From Eledone cirrhosa (taxonomy: Eukaryota), in the NCBI GenBank assembly GCA_964016885.1, contig OZ024751.1:17856001-17920000 (forward strand): DNA of 64,000 nt, written 5' to 3'. The position numbers and the translations under genes were made by a program. The notes under the pieces were generated by a model. The model did no database searches. It was not told the DNA's origin and saw only the letters and a program-made list of their open reading frames with translations. Of this stretch, positions 13,212 through 26,247 are shown piece by piece (the first letter of the stretch is position 1; every line of letters starts with the position of its first letter).

Positions 13212-16200
13212 CTATAGTCTGATGTAGAGTGAAGGCCCATTCACACGGGCCATTCTCGCCACTTTCACCCATCTTTCATAGAAACGGCTGGGGTGCAGCA
13301 CCTCTCTCTCCATCCTGATCCTTCTTCCGAAATGATATCGGAAGAAACGGACCAGTTGTTGGCCAGAGAGAAAGGTGCCCGACCTCAGTCCTTTCAGACG
13401 CGTCCACCATACAACCTCTTTCGCCATGGCTATTACGCACAGAAACACCGCCTCTGCTTCATCTTTGAAGGGGGGAGGCGGCTTGATCATTACAATCGAC
13501 TCGGTGGTCAACCGGATCGGTCCCACCCTTGACAGCAGTTGTTCGACATAGCCCCACAGATCGGCTACGCCCGAGCAGTGTACTAATGCGTGTGCAACGG
13601 TTTCCTCGTCGCACACGCATCTGGGACAGATCTTTTTGGCGGGGTCCCTACCCGGGCGCCCGTGTCTGTAGAGCCTTTCTCGAACGGGTAAAGCCCCTCG
13701 GTAGCACTGCCAGGCCAGGGACTTCTGGAAGTTGTCCATAGGTCCCGGGCTGAATGTCCTACCGAACAGGCTGGCCAGTTCGTCCTCCTCCATGTCTAGG
13801 GCTTCTCCGAGGGCGTCGTCGCACCTGCTGCGTACCAGCCCTCTATAGAATGTTGCGGTGGAGTCTCCACTGATAACCGGATCCGCCTGCCAGAGGGCGG
13901 TGAGCGCCTGGGCACACTCAGTGTGCCAGGCGCCCAGTTTTCTCGGTCTTTGCTTGACCCAGGATTGCAGCTCGGTGAGTGAGACGAGTTTGGGAAAGGT
14001 TCGTCTCACAAACGAGGCCCACACCGGTTGTCCGGTGAGGAATACGTAGAGGTGCCGTAGCCTTAATGCGTGTTTACGCATCATTAGCCACGGCATCCCC
14101 AGCCCTCCTTTCGAAGGGTGTTGACAGCAGATGGATCTCCTCACCATAGGAGCCCGCCTCTTCCAAAGGAATTGGAAGAGCGCGCGCTCCATCTTGGTGA
14201 GGGTTTCCCTTGGGCAGGGCACTACGGTCAGGCGGTAGTAGATGACGGACGCTATGTAGGTGTTCGCCACCTCCGCCCGACCTTTCAGGGATAGTTTGCA
14301 ACTGGCCCACTTCTGGGTCAGTGCAAACACCCTGTTCGTAACCTCCGCCCAGTTTTTCTCCACCTGGAGGTCCGGTCCGAACCAGACCCCGAGCAACTTC
14401 ACCGGGCCCTCCGTCCAGCGTCCGACGACGCTATCGGAGGGCATCGGTCTGCCCCTCCACGTGCCGAGTTGCAAACCGATCGACTTGTCCCGGTTCAGCT
14501 TAGCCCCTGTGAACTTTTCGTACTCCTCCAGTAAGGTGCCGACCGCCTCGATTTCGGAGGCCGTCGACACCATTACTGTCACGTCATCGGCGTAGGCCGA
14601 CACCGCTTTCCGCAATCCCGGTTCCAAAGGGATGCCCTGCAACAACTCCAACTTCCGCAGTAGTGGCTCGAGAGTCAACACATACAGAAGGGAGGAGAGA
14701 GGGCACCCTTGTCGGATGGACCGCGCGATTTTGAACGGCTCCGAGAGGTAGCCGTTCACCTTGACCCTAGAGCAGATGCGGCTGCTGTGCATAGCAGTGA
14801 TCCAGCCCCTGAAAACGGGTCCGAAGCCTGCCGCCGCTAGCACCGCATCCAGGTAACCATGGTCGACCCTATCGAACGCCTTAGATTGATCCAAGTTGAT
14901 CAGAGCCCCACCAAAGCCGGGTTCGTTCCCAACCCTCTCTATGATGTATCGCATGAGGTGGAGGTTGTCATGGATGGACCTGGACGGGATAGCGCATGTC
15001 TGCGCATCTCCCACCAGGTTGCCCACGACAAGCGCCAACCTCTTTGCTAGCACCTTGGCCAAAATCTGTAACTCTGTATTTAGCAGTGTTATGGGCCTGA
15101 AGTTACTTATTTCGTCCCCCTTGTTCTCGTCCTTCCTCACTAGCGTGACTACGCCCTTGGTCACAGTACAGGGAATTCTCCCGTTCTGTTGCCAGTTGCA
15201 GTAGACCGCCTCGAGGAGATCGGGGAACAAGTCCGGCATAGCTAGATATAATTCGTAAGGAAGACCATCGAGACCCGGGGATTTGCGTTTGCCGCATTGG
15301 CTCAGCACGTCCTCTATCTCAGCGGCCGAAATCGGCTCCTCGCAGGACTTCGCCTCCCTGTCCGAGAGGCGCGGCAGGCCGTCGAGGTATGGACCGAAGT
15401 CCACGTTCCCAACCGGCTCCCCGCCCCTCCCGAACAGTCGGGCAAAGTGCCTTTGAAAGGCCTCACACATCTGCTTAGGCTCAAGAATCGCCCGTCCATC
15501 CAGGACTTGCAAAGACCGGATGGTGGATTTAGTTCCACTGTTGGCCTCTGTCACGCGGGCCCAGCTAACAGCTTTGGTCCCCTCGTTCCCTAGAGCACGT
15601 ATTTTACTTCGGACAACGCAGCCTTCGTGCTTCGCGTCGAAAAACTGGCTCAACGCCGTTCTCGACGCTAGCACTCTGGCCACGTCGCCGCTTCTAATTG
15701 CCTCTTCTACTCTATCTATTAGCTCCCTTTCCTTCCTATTCCTATCCGCAGCTAGAACCTTACTAAATTCTATCGAGACTACTCTAATCTCTCTCTTTAG
15801 AGATACCCACCACCTGCTGTTGACGATCGCTCCAGTCAACCGTTCCTTAACTAACGTACTAATCCGATTCCTGTAGGCTCTACTTGCCGGCAAGGACAAG
15901 TTGAGCTTCCAGTAACCGGGGCCCTGTCTATGAGTTCTGTCAAGGTTGACCATGCAGGTCACTAATTTGTGGTCTGAATAGCCAACAATGCGCATTTTTG
16001 GACAACTTAAAAAGTCCTTATCCTTAATTCTAACTAAGAACCTATCTAGGTACGACCTAGATGATCCGCTACGATTTGCCCAAGTCCAGGTTGGCGCAGT
16101 CGGAAAATCTAGTCGATATCTATCGGCCAGGTCAAATCGACCGATTAACCCTTTGAGGCTATTACACCCCTCTCTATCGGGGCAGGCCCCTACGTAGTCC

Positions 16201-16649
16201 CAGCGTGCATCTAGGATACCATTCCAGTCCCCCACTAATAGCAAGGAGCGGGACGTCCCTAGAAAAGTCTCCAGACGATGGAAGAAGTCCGGCCGCATTG
16301 ACCCGAAAGGGCCGTAGGCGGCTACCAACCTAAACGCTCCGCCTTTACCACTGCCAAGGTCCAGAACCACTAGTCGACCCTCCGGGTCCAAATGTACCAT
16401 CTGTGTTGCGAGACCCAGATGTTTTTGCAGCAGAACGACAACTCCACCCCCACCTCCGGGCTGACAGAGAGATGCGTGCATCTCAAAGTCATCAAAGGTG
16501 GGGGCCAGCTGTCGCACGTTGCTGATCCGGGCCTCGCAAATAACCATCACATCTATACGTTGTGACCTGAGGTCATTTAGAAGCATTGCTTGCTTCCAAG
16601 TTGAGCCCAGGCCACGCGCATTTAAACAGCCTACTCTTAGCATAGCCAT
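13212..16649 (-). CDS. LINE ORF2: apurinic-like endonuclease, reverse transcriptase and C-terminal zinc finger
   Basis: APE motifs LNARGL, GDWN, LDRF, SDH; RT motifs KSPGLDG, FRPITLLN, DQSKAFD, RQGCPLS, YADD; C-terminal CPRC..EETVAHALVHC; no stops; first ATG at 16649. Confidence 0.96.
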   Translation of the reverse strand: MAMLRVGCLNARGLGSTWKQAMLLNDLRSQRIDVMVICEARISNVRQLAPTFDDFEMHASLCQPGGGGGVVVLLQKHLGLATQMVHLDPEGRLVVLDLGSGKGGAFRLVAAYGPFGSMRPDFFHRLETFLGTSRSLLLVGDWNGILDARWDYVGACPDREGCNSLKGLIGRFDLADRYRLDFPTAPTWTWANRSGSSRSYLDRFLVRIKDKDFLSCPKMRIVGYSDHKLVTCMVNLDRTHRQGPGYWKLNLSLPASRAYRNRISTLVKERLTGAIVNSRWWVSLKREIRVVSIEFSKVLAADRNRKERELIDRVEEAIRSGDVARVLASRTALSQFFDAKHEGCVVRSKIRALGNEGTKAVSWARVTEANSGTKSTIRSLQVLDGRAILEPKQMCEAFQRHFARLFGRGGEPVGNVDFGPYLDGLPRLSDREAKSCEEPISAAEIEDVLSQCGKRKSPGLDGLPYELYLAMPDLFPDLLEAVYCNWQQNGRIPCTVTKGVVTLVRKDENKGDEISNFRPITLLNTELQILAKVLAKRLALVVGNLVGDAQTCAIPSRSIHDNLHLMRYIIERVGNEPGFGGALINLDQSKAFDRVDHGYLDAVLAAAGFGPVFRGWITAMHSSRICSRVKVNGYLSEPFKIARSIRQGCPLSSLLYVLTLEPLLRKLELLQGIPLEPGLRKAVSAYADDVTVMVSTASEIEAVGTLLEEYEKFTGAKLNRDKSIGLQLGTWRGRPMPSDSVVGRWTEGPVKLLGVWFGPDLQVEKNWAEVTNRVFALTQKWASCKLSLKGRAEVANTYIASVIYYRLTVVPCPRETLTKMERALFQFLWKRRAPMVRRSICCQHPSKGGLGMPWLMMRKHALRLRHLYVFLTGQPVWASFVRRTFPKLVSLTELQSWVKQRPRKLGAWHTECAQALTALWQADPVISGDSTATFYRGLVRSRCDDALGEALDMEEDELASLFGRTFSPGPMDNFQKSLAWQCYRGALPVRERLYRHGRPGRDPAKKICPRCVCDEETVAHALVHCSGVADLWGYVEQLLSRVGPIRLTTESIVMIKPPPPFKDEAEAVFLCVIAMAKEVVWWTRLKGLRSGTFLSGQQLVRFFRYHFGRRIRMEREVLHPSRFYERWVKVARMARVNGPSLYIRL

Positions 16650-16673
16650 GTTGGTGGTGAAGAGAAAAGGCAC

Positions 16674-18262
16674 TTACCTCTCTGCGTCCCGGGTATCGGG
16701 CTGCACAATTTCCATTAGGGTGGGGGATGGGTTGTTGGGTGGGGTGGTGGTTTGTGGAAGTGTGGGGGCATCAGTGTGTTGTGTGGTTGGGGAGCTTGGA
16801 GTTGTGAGGGTGTTTGGGGAGGGGGTGGGATAGTTTTTTAGGAGGACGCGGTTAATGGGCCCGACGCAGGGGGGACCCACGTCCTCTTTAAAATTGTTTT
16901 TTAAAGTTTTATAGGTGTCCTGTGGGGCCTTAATCATTTTGAGGTGGGGGAAATCCCCTGCCTGGGTGAAGTTAGGCCCTTGTGTTTTTATTAGATTGTT
17001 GTTGTACACAATGTTTAACAGTTTTTTGTTTCTTGTATTTATGTATGTGTATGCATGTTTTTGTTTTTGTGTGGTGTTTTTTGTTTGCTGTTGTGAGCTC
17101 TTTTGTGTTGGTGTCAGTGTTATGTTTTGGGGAGGGGTTGTTTTCATTTGTGTGTCTGAGGTGTGTTTTCTTTTTTTTCTTTTGATTGTGTGGAAGTGCT
17201 CCTCCTCGTCTGACGACGAACTAGGGTCATCTTCCGCGTTGGAGGGGAGGGGTATATTTTCGGGTTGTGTTTGCGGTACGGGTGTTTTGGAAATTGTTTT
17301 TGTTTTTTGGGTGGAGGGGATGGGTTGGACATTGTTTTGTTTTGGTTTGAGCTGTGGTGGTTGTTTTTGTAGTGGTAGTTGTGGTGATTGTGTTGGTTGT
17401 GCAGTTGTTGGTGGTGTAGGCAGGATTGGGGTTTTCTTATTAAGTTGGGGACAGACAGCCCTCAGGTGACCTCTGGTTCCGCAGAGGTAACACGAGGGCC
17501 GTCTACCCTCAACGGTAATGTTGATGAAGGTTAGATCATCCAGTATGACGCGTTCAGGGATCTGGGCGATCCTTTCGGGCCTCATTTGAACTACAAGTTC
17601 GAGGCTCGTTCCACTGAACGCGTCACCCGATGCCTTTCCCATGGACACCAGCATGTCATCCTCCAGGTCCAGAAAACCTGTCAAAACCCACCATATGTCC
17701 ATAATCGGCAGGATGGTGTGGATTTTTATTTTTTGTGTTCTTCTACCCATGTACGTAGGGTAGAAGGTGTATGCGGTGGATGTGATTGGTTTGATGGACA
17801 GTTTCACTGCTGTGTCCCTGTCCTTCATGAGAATGGATAGACTCCCGTAGAGTCTATCCTTCTGAATGAAGGTGATGTCCTTCATGACGTCTTTTAAAAC
17901 CAGCTCTATCTCGCTCTGTGATGGTTGAGCTGGTTTTTTACTTTTGTTCGAAATTGTCCTAAACATGACCGTGTTTAGGAGTCTCTGGCTTTTTAGTTCC
18001 GGGGGGGAATGGATTGTGAATGAACCATTTTCCCCGTACACTATATATTTTTTCGCATCCGCCAGTAGCTCCTTCGCTTTTGTTATATCTACTGGCAGAT
18101 AGTCGAGGGTTTTCCTTGTCGTCTCGGCGAAGGAGAAATTTTGTTTGTTTGTGTTGTTGTTGTCGTTGGTGGTGTTGTTGTTATCATTGTTGTTGTTGTC
18201 ACCGTTATTGGTGTTGTTGTTGTTATTGTTATTGTTATTGGTGTTGCTTTCGTCCGTCGCAT
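16674..18262 (-). CDS. LINE ORF1 (nucleic-acid-binding, gag-like) with one CCHC zinc knuckle
   Basis: CYLCGTRGHLRAVC (17451-17492) preceded by an IPERV...ITVEGRRP segment typical of Tx1/L1-like ORF1; basic KRKKRK stretch. The 5' part of the track ORF (above 18283) is flanking microsatellite. The ATG at 18262 is one base out of frame. Confidence 0.85.
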
Positions 18263-18635
18263 ATTGTGGCAGACAAACAGACTGATAGATAGATTGAGAG
18301 AGAAAGCAAAGAAGGATGCATGTGGGATAGATAGAAAGAGAGAGGGGGAGAGAGAGAGAAAGAGTGAGAGAGAGAGAGACAAAGAGAGAGGGAAAGAGAG
18401 AGTGAGGGAGAGAAGAGAGGGAAAGAGAGAGGGAAGGGAGGGAAAGAGAGGGGAAAGGGAAGGAGAGAGTGCGTGAGTGAGACTGATGAACAATTTCGAA
18501 AATAAAGTTTAAAAAACATAAATCAACAAGTCTAATAATAAAAAAAACATAAATAACTAACAAAACTTAACAAAATATGATTCCTGAGCTGAAACGTAAA
18601 TAAGTAAATAATAATGATAATAATAATGATAATAA

Positions 18636-18825
18636 TAATTGTTTCTACGTTAGGCACAAGGCCAGCAATTACCCAGTGCATTACTGGTACTTTATTTTAT
18701 CGACCCCGTAAGGATGAAAGGCAAAGTCAACTTCGGCGGGATTTGAACTCAGACCGTAAAGGGACGTAACTATGCTGGAAAGCATGGCGTCCGACCCTCT
18801 ACCGATGCTGCCAATCCACCGCCTT
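18636..18825 (-). mobile_element. Main-family tRNA SINE, full length
   Basis: Complete reverse-complement consensus from the ggcggtggattggcag head to the agaaacaatt tail. Confidence 0.85.
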
Positions 18826-19042
18826 AATAATGATAATAATAATGATAATAATAATGATATAAAAATTAAAATATATAAAAAAACAGGACAACGAGAGAAA
18901 GGATGATATTTGAGAAGAGAAATTGTATCTTGTGTCTTATGGGGCTGAATCGAAACTGAAAGGAGCACTAACAAAAATATATAAATATATATAAATAATA
19001 GTAAATAGATAATAGGGAAAAGGAGAATGCGAGGGGATAAGA

Positions 19043-19075
<33 letters not shown>

Positions 19076-19145
19076 GGAGATGAGATGAGGCGAAAGAAGG
19101 AGAGAGGGATGGAGAGAGCGAGACAGACATATATATATGTATATA

Positions 19146-19240
<95 letters not shown>

Positions 19241-19291
19241 ATGTGTGTGTGTGTGTATATATATGTATGTATATATGTGTGTGTGTGTATC

Positions 19292-19359
<68 letters not shown>

Positions 19360-19575
19360 AGATAGATTGAGGGTAAAAATGTGTGTGAGAGAGAGAGGGA
19401 GAGAGAGAATATGAGACAGAACTGGAGGAAAAGATTGGAGAGTTAGAGATAGATAGATAGATAAATGGATAAATAGAAAGATTGACAGAGAGACAAACAG
19501 ATGGATATACAGACAGACATGCAGCCAGACATGCAGACATGCAGACAGACAGGCAGATATATACATAGACAGACA

Positions 19576-19615
<40 letters not shown>

Positions 19616-19741
19616 AAATAGATAGATAGACAGATAGATAGACAGATAGAGAGATAGATAAATATGAGATAGATAAGTAGAGAGATAGATATTAAATAAA
19701 TAGATACAGACGGAGAGAAGGAGAGATAATTTATAGATAAG

Positions 19742-19812
<71 letters not shown>

Positions 19813-22036
19813 CGAGAGAGAAAGAGTTAGGGAAAAAGATAGTAAGATAGAAAAGTGCTTGGAAAAAAGCAACTAAAACTAAACAAACACCGGAGCGCAG
19901 CAACAAGAAAACAAAATCGAAATAAGGGCTTGCCAAATCAAATTCATAAGATAAATATCTGATATTTGATACTGCTAACTTCCTGCTACACCATTCTGAC
20001 AAGTCCGTGTACCCTCCACCATCCACCTATCCTTTTCTACCTCCCTCCCATCACCACCCATCACCACTTACCGCCATTATATATCCACGAGGCAGCATCA
20101 TCTTTACATCTCACCTCTTGTGAAAAGAAACAATTATTCAATAATGGCGGTACATGAAGTTATACGGTTGTCTCCCTTCGTTGCTTCTCTAATGTTACAG
20201 CCATTGCTTTTAATGACGTATCGAATGTTTTCCTCTTTACCTCCTCCCCTCCTTCCACAGAAACCACCACCATTTATTTATTTATTTATTTATATTATTT
20301 TTGCTGCATTATTGTATCATTTTGATTTATTTTTATATTTTGTTTTTTAGATTATTTTTTTGTTCTTTTTACCACTGGTAGTCGGATTATCAAATGTTTA
20401 ATTTTACTCGCCGTTCCTATTGCTTGTAATGGTTTTCTTGTAATTGTTGTCTCATCGTTGTTGTTGTCATCGTTGTCGCTATTTTTGTTGTGACTGTTGT
20501 TATTCAATTCCGGCTATGTCCGATAGAGTTTGGGCCACTGATAAAGAACAACCATGCAGACATTCTGGGCGGTCCGTCACCCCTATCGAGTACTTTGGCC
20601 AGCCACTAAACATCTCTGGCCTAACATGATAACGGGAGCCATAACTGTATAAGAAAGTGATGAATTTTGAGATACGGAAGCGCCATCAACCAGACCTTTC
20701 TAATATACACAGCTCGATGGTCTAAGCTTCTTTTGAAACACTCGGATAAAAATCCAGACATTTGGTCAATTATCGCATGTAGAACAAATCAAGCGATCAA
20801 ACAAGTCAACCGTTAAAATTACATATTCATTTAACAAAGAAGGACAGGCAGATTTTCTCTGTCTGGTAGCTCCTTCGAAAGAAGAGGTATAGTGAACGAT
20901 TTCAAAAAATGAAGGATTTGTTCATTGCAATTTCGTTAGAGTCAACATCAAATTTTTCAATAAGTAGAAACTATGCATCTAAGGGTTCCACTTTGAAACT
21001 TTAAGGTTTCGGGTTCTGGTATATTGCTTGTCACCTTACGCAAGTCTTCTCCACTCTACATTTGAGAACCCAAGAACACATTAACCAAAATATCTCTTAT
21101 TTTGAAAAAAAAATAATAATGATATGGCGTCATTTGTGGGGGAACTTGGCTGCTAATTTTTAAAACGTCGATCGACATCGTGAAGGCTCTCTCTTTAGGT
21201 GGAGATAATCAAGGACTAAACAACAACAATAATAAAGGCACTCACGGTAAATCAAAAGAATTATCATGTCACCGAATACACATAACCTTATGCGTATATA
21301 CACACCTATATACACCTATATACACCTATATACACAGAGAGTGTTCCTCGTTTAAACGTTGAAGTATAGAAACTTACACCAGGTAAAGGTCAATATAAAC
21401 ATACCCCATAAGAGACACCCATGTGACACCCGTCACACAACATCATATAGAGACACACAGCCGCCCCACCTTACACACCACCCCGTTCTCCTCCTTATAA
21501 CACGCTCCTTTAGAAGAAGAACCTTTTCATTCTTACAGTTTTCCGTATACAGTGGGCGTTTTTGTTTAACAAAAAAAGTTCTCTTCCACCTTTTGTTGTT
21601 ATTTTTGTTGCTGATGCTGTTGTTGTTGTTTTTGTTGTTGTTTTCTAGGCGTACCAATTCTTCATCAACCTTCATTCCCACTTTATCTCAATCATCATCA
21701 TTTTCGTCAACAAAACCAACAGTTTCCTTCTTCGTTTTCTTCATTGATTTTTTTGTTTTGCTTTTGCTTTGATTCTTCCCATTAAAACATTCACTACGCA
21801 TTGATTGACATAGACACCTGCACACGCTCACATACACACACACACACACACACACACATACATACACATTTTGTATTTATATATGAATGTATGTATGAAT
21901 GAATTTATGTATGTATGTATGTATGTATGTACGTACGTACGTACGTACGTACGTATGTATGTATGTATGTATGTATGTATGTATGTATGTATGTATGTAT
22001 GTATGTATGTATGTATGTATGTATGTATGTATGTGA

Positions 22037-22092
<56 letters not shown>

Positions 22093-22148
22093 ATATATTC
22101 ATGCGCAGTTCGCTTCGCAAACATGTCATTTTGAGTTCGATCCTTGCA

Positions 22149-22207
<59 letters not shown>

Positions 22208-22786
22208 GTGTGCTATGTGTTGTGTGGTGGTTGTGTATGTGTATTCGTATATGTACCACATCTTCAAAAGTATGCCTGCGTTTTAACTATGAATATAAAG
22301 GAAATATTCAAACTGAAACCAAAGGAGCGAATGCCGAAAATGTAAAGCAATAAAAATATATGAAAAAAAATTAATAAACTATAAACGGAACTCCTAAGAA
22401 GAACCATCCCACATTCTAGTCACCATTGTTCTTCAGAATTACCAAATGTTGTCTTTTAATATTATAATCCTGCCCTCTTTTCCTGTCCTTCCTTTATTTC
22501 AACAGAATCTAGGTCTTTTATTTAATAGTTCAATAAAATATAATAAAGAAACGGCATCATGGAGAAAAGATTAAAATAAACAACTTAACAATTATAAAAG
22601 ATATGATAAAAAATCAAAATACATACACTTTCGTAAACTCACATGTGTATAAGCTAAGTGTGTATATATAAACATACACACTGATTTTCTCAGGTATATC
22701 ATTCACATATATTTACACTCAAGCCTTATATATATAAACACGTACATATATGTATCTATATATCTATATATATATAAACACACACA

Positions 22787-22832
<46 letters not shown>

Positions 22833-22900
22833 ACACACACATACATATATATACACATACATACCTACACACATATACATATATATATATATATATATAA

Positions 22901-22935
<35 letters not shown>

Positions 22936-23665
22936 AGCACACACACATACATATATATATACACACGCACACATATATATAAATACACACACACATATAT
23001 ATAAATACACACACACACACATATATAAACACACAGAGACACACACATATATATATATATATATACACAACCACACACACACACACATTTATATATATAT
23101 ATATATACACACACACACATGTATGTATATATATATATATAAATACACGTACAAAAGAACGCACTCCCATATATTCATTCATAAAATCAAACGCACACAT
23201 TCTAACAAAGAAACACAGCTATATATATGCATATACAGAAACATACACATACATATCAAGTGAATATAGTATTTTAAAGAAAAAAGAAATAGGATAAAAA
23301 ATATGCAAGAAAAAAATCAGCCAACAATGATCTCCGTTGCGTCTTTTAATTTCATAATGACAGGGTTCCTATTACAAATGAGAATACATTCTAAAGGAGT
23401 CAGATTAGGGGTTCAGTTTTCCGGATACGATCCCTTAGTCTTACTAGCAATGGTTCAAAGAACACAAAATCTATTGTAACAGTATGAAATACTAGCTGAA
23501 GAAACATACACACACATACACGCTCAAAAACATACACATACAGAAACACTTACGTGCGCACTGACACACACGCGTTATATATATATATATATATATATAC
23601 AGGGTGTTCCAAAAATGTATACAAACTTCAACAGTATTTTTATCAGTGTATAGATACAAAAAAAT

Positions 23666-23707
<42 letters not shown>

Positions 23708-23983
23708 GGGAAGATGGCACTGAGCTTTAGCACTTGGAAAGTTATTGAAACCAAACATTTAAATCTAACGAGATATTCTTAATAAATAAAATTTGAGCAC
23801 AGTCGTGTTTTTAAAGCTATGCACACACTCACGCAAATAGACAGAGACACGTGCATATATAAACACAGACACGCAGCCATAAACAAACAGAAACACATGC
23901 ATACACACACATACATAAACACACACACACACATACATATATAGTGTGTATGTATACATCTATCTATCTATGCATTTTTTATG

Positions 23984-24030
<47 letters not shown>

Positions 24031-24451
24031 GAAAATCTAGTTTACTTGAAGCATTGCGTAATGAGGTATAAACGTTTGGAGTTAGAAGGCCAAAACTATG
24101 CAGGTATGGATATAGAATATAAATACAAATTCAAAAGATATCGCTGACAATTAGTCTTGTACCTTAAATTTATTTGAATATCCTTAATTTTCGAGATAAT
24201 ATCTCTTCTTCGGAGGGAAATAAAGGGGTTAATCCAGTGTTCTAATTAGCTTGCCAAGTCAATTAGCTTGGCAAGCTAATTAGAACACTGGATTAACCCC
24301 TTTACTTCCCTCCAAAGAAGAGATATTATCTCGAAAATTAAGGATATTCAAATAAATTTAAGGTAAAAGACTAATTGTCAGCAATATCTTTTGCATTTGT
24401 ATTTATATTCTATATCCATACCTGCATTGGTTTGGCCTTTTAACTCCAAAC
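24031..24451. repeat. Long palindrome (about 185-bp arms, 24074-24451) with a degenerate hammerhead motif
   Basis: Arms reverse-complementary around 24262; minus 24181-24217 reads CCCT-CCGAAGA-A-GAGAT-att-ATCTC-GAAA-ATTA-AGG. Confidence 0.8.
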
Positions 24452-24939
24452 ACACATATATATATACACTATATAGTATGTGTCTATGCTGGAGTGAGGT
24501 TGGCAATAGTGGGGGTACATAAGGTCTGTGAGTGCCTAATTTTCCTTGCTTGAGTAAGAAAGGCAATTGACTGTGGGTATATTTTTATTTCTCCTTTTTG
24601 TTACAAATCGTTTGGTTTAAAATAAGAGGTCGTGCCTTAGGTATTTGATAAGTCTCCATGTGTGTAAGGTTGAATATTGAAAGTGTCTTAATGAGCCGAG
24701 GAGTGTAATTTTCGTGTTATAACCTGTTAAATTGAAACATGCGTGTAACTAGATGTATGTGATTATCTTTCCTTGATTTTGTCTCTGTATCCATCCATTT
24801 GTGTGTGTGTTTGCGTGTATGTCTGTGTGTGTGTTTGCGTGTTGGCCTGATACTTATTCAAAGGACAACGCTTGTGGACCTTGACGCAGAATAGTGTGTA
24901 GTTTATTGGTGCCTATGTTGTATATACATACTTAAAGCC

Positions 24940-25121
24940 ATAATTGTTTCTACATTTGGCACAAGGCCAGCAATTATCCGAGTACATTACTGGTGCTTTA
25001 TTTTATGGACCCCGTAAGGATGAAAGGCAAAGTTAACCTCGGCGGGATTTCAACTCAGAGCATAAAGGGACGTAACTCGTTGCTGCAAAGCATGGCGTCA
25101 GACCCTCTACCGATACTACCA
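24940..25121 (-). mobile_element. Main-family tRNA SINE
   Basis: Consensus motifs as above. Confidence 0.85.
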
Positions 25122-25192
25122 AAAAGCGATAATGAGATATAGATACCTAAAAAAAAAAAAAAAACAGGTAAAACTATCACTACCTTATATAG

Positions 25193-25385
25193 ATATGGCT
25201 GAGTGGTTAGGGAATTAGATTTGTAATCTTGAGGTTGTGATTTTGAATTCTAGACCGTGTGATGCGTTATGTCCTTGAGCAAGACACTTTATTTAATGTT
25301 GCGCCTTCTGCCTGGATTTGCGACTGACAGATAGCATTAGCGATTGGAATAACCAATGGAAACATTGTTTCCTAGGTCCGATTTA
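25193..25385 (+). mobile_element. Degraded tRNA/CORE-type SINE
   Basis: A box atggctgagtggttag and tgtccttgagcaagacacttta; the 3' part recurs at about 50750-50805. Confidence 0.5.
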
Positions 25386-25789
25386 AAGAGCTCCACCCCA
25401 CTCGTTAAGTGACTGAGGTCTGGGATCTTGTCAATTGACTGTCGATATATAATACTTGATTCCCGAGTTGAGTCAGACGGTAACCAGAGTTAAGAAATGT
25501 ACTCAATACATTGGTAGAGAATAGGCATCTTCGTTATACATAGAAATGACTATTTTAGGATCTATACACGCGCGCGCGCATATATATATATATATATATA
25601 CTATAAGAACAGATTAAAGTTTAAACAAAGATCCCGTTAAGGGTGAAAGCAGCGATTCTTTGCTTAAACTTTAATCTGTTATTTTAATAAATATTTGCTC
25701 TACGGTTCTTATATATTTGATATATATTTATCCTTATCGAGCCCTCTTCGGATTTTAGTCTTCACATTTATTATTACTATATACATATA

Positions 25790-25827
<38 letters not shown>

Positions 25828-26205
25828 AACATACATAATTCCATATACTCCAGTCAGTATCTTAATCCTAATGTCTATATATTGGTATATTGGTCTACTT
25901 GTTCATGTGTCTGTCTACCCCCCCCTCTCCATCTCTCTCTCTCACACACACACTATTTTCCTGTCTGTCTCTCTATATGATTCTATATACAACTCTACCC
26001 TCTCTATTATAACTTCCGTTCCTGCCAAATTTATTTAACATCAAACATCATATCTTCCATATCTGAAACATTATTCCTTGACTAAAATAAAATAAAATAA
26101 AATAAAATAACATAAAAATAATATAAAAATAATGTAAAATCATCTCTACCACTACTGCCACCGCCATCATCATCATCACCTCCATGACTCTGACTACTAC
26201 TATTT

Positions 26206-26247
<42 letters not shown>

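Larger units (their letters stand above)
12948..18283 (-). mobile_element. Full-length non-LTR retrotransposon, L1/Tx1 clade, inserted in (GATA)n
   Basis: Two ORFs and a 3' UTR with AATAAA close to the end; 3' end abuts long (GATA)n and 5' end abuts gatagatagat (18284-18294), a candidate TSD. Confidence 0.92.

Noticed and set aside
13293-17840. Plus-strand and alternative-frame ORFs inside the LINE
   Set aside because: Shadow ORFs of the coding strand with no recognisable motifs.
18284-18563. N-terminal part of the 629-aa ORF
   Set aside because: Lies outside the LINE, in GA-rich flanking repeat.
25608-25682. Imperfect palindrome with ccc..gggt-GAAAGC as a hammerhead
   Set aside because: No CUGANGA or UUGANAA and no clear NUH or stem I; at most a decayed fold-back element.
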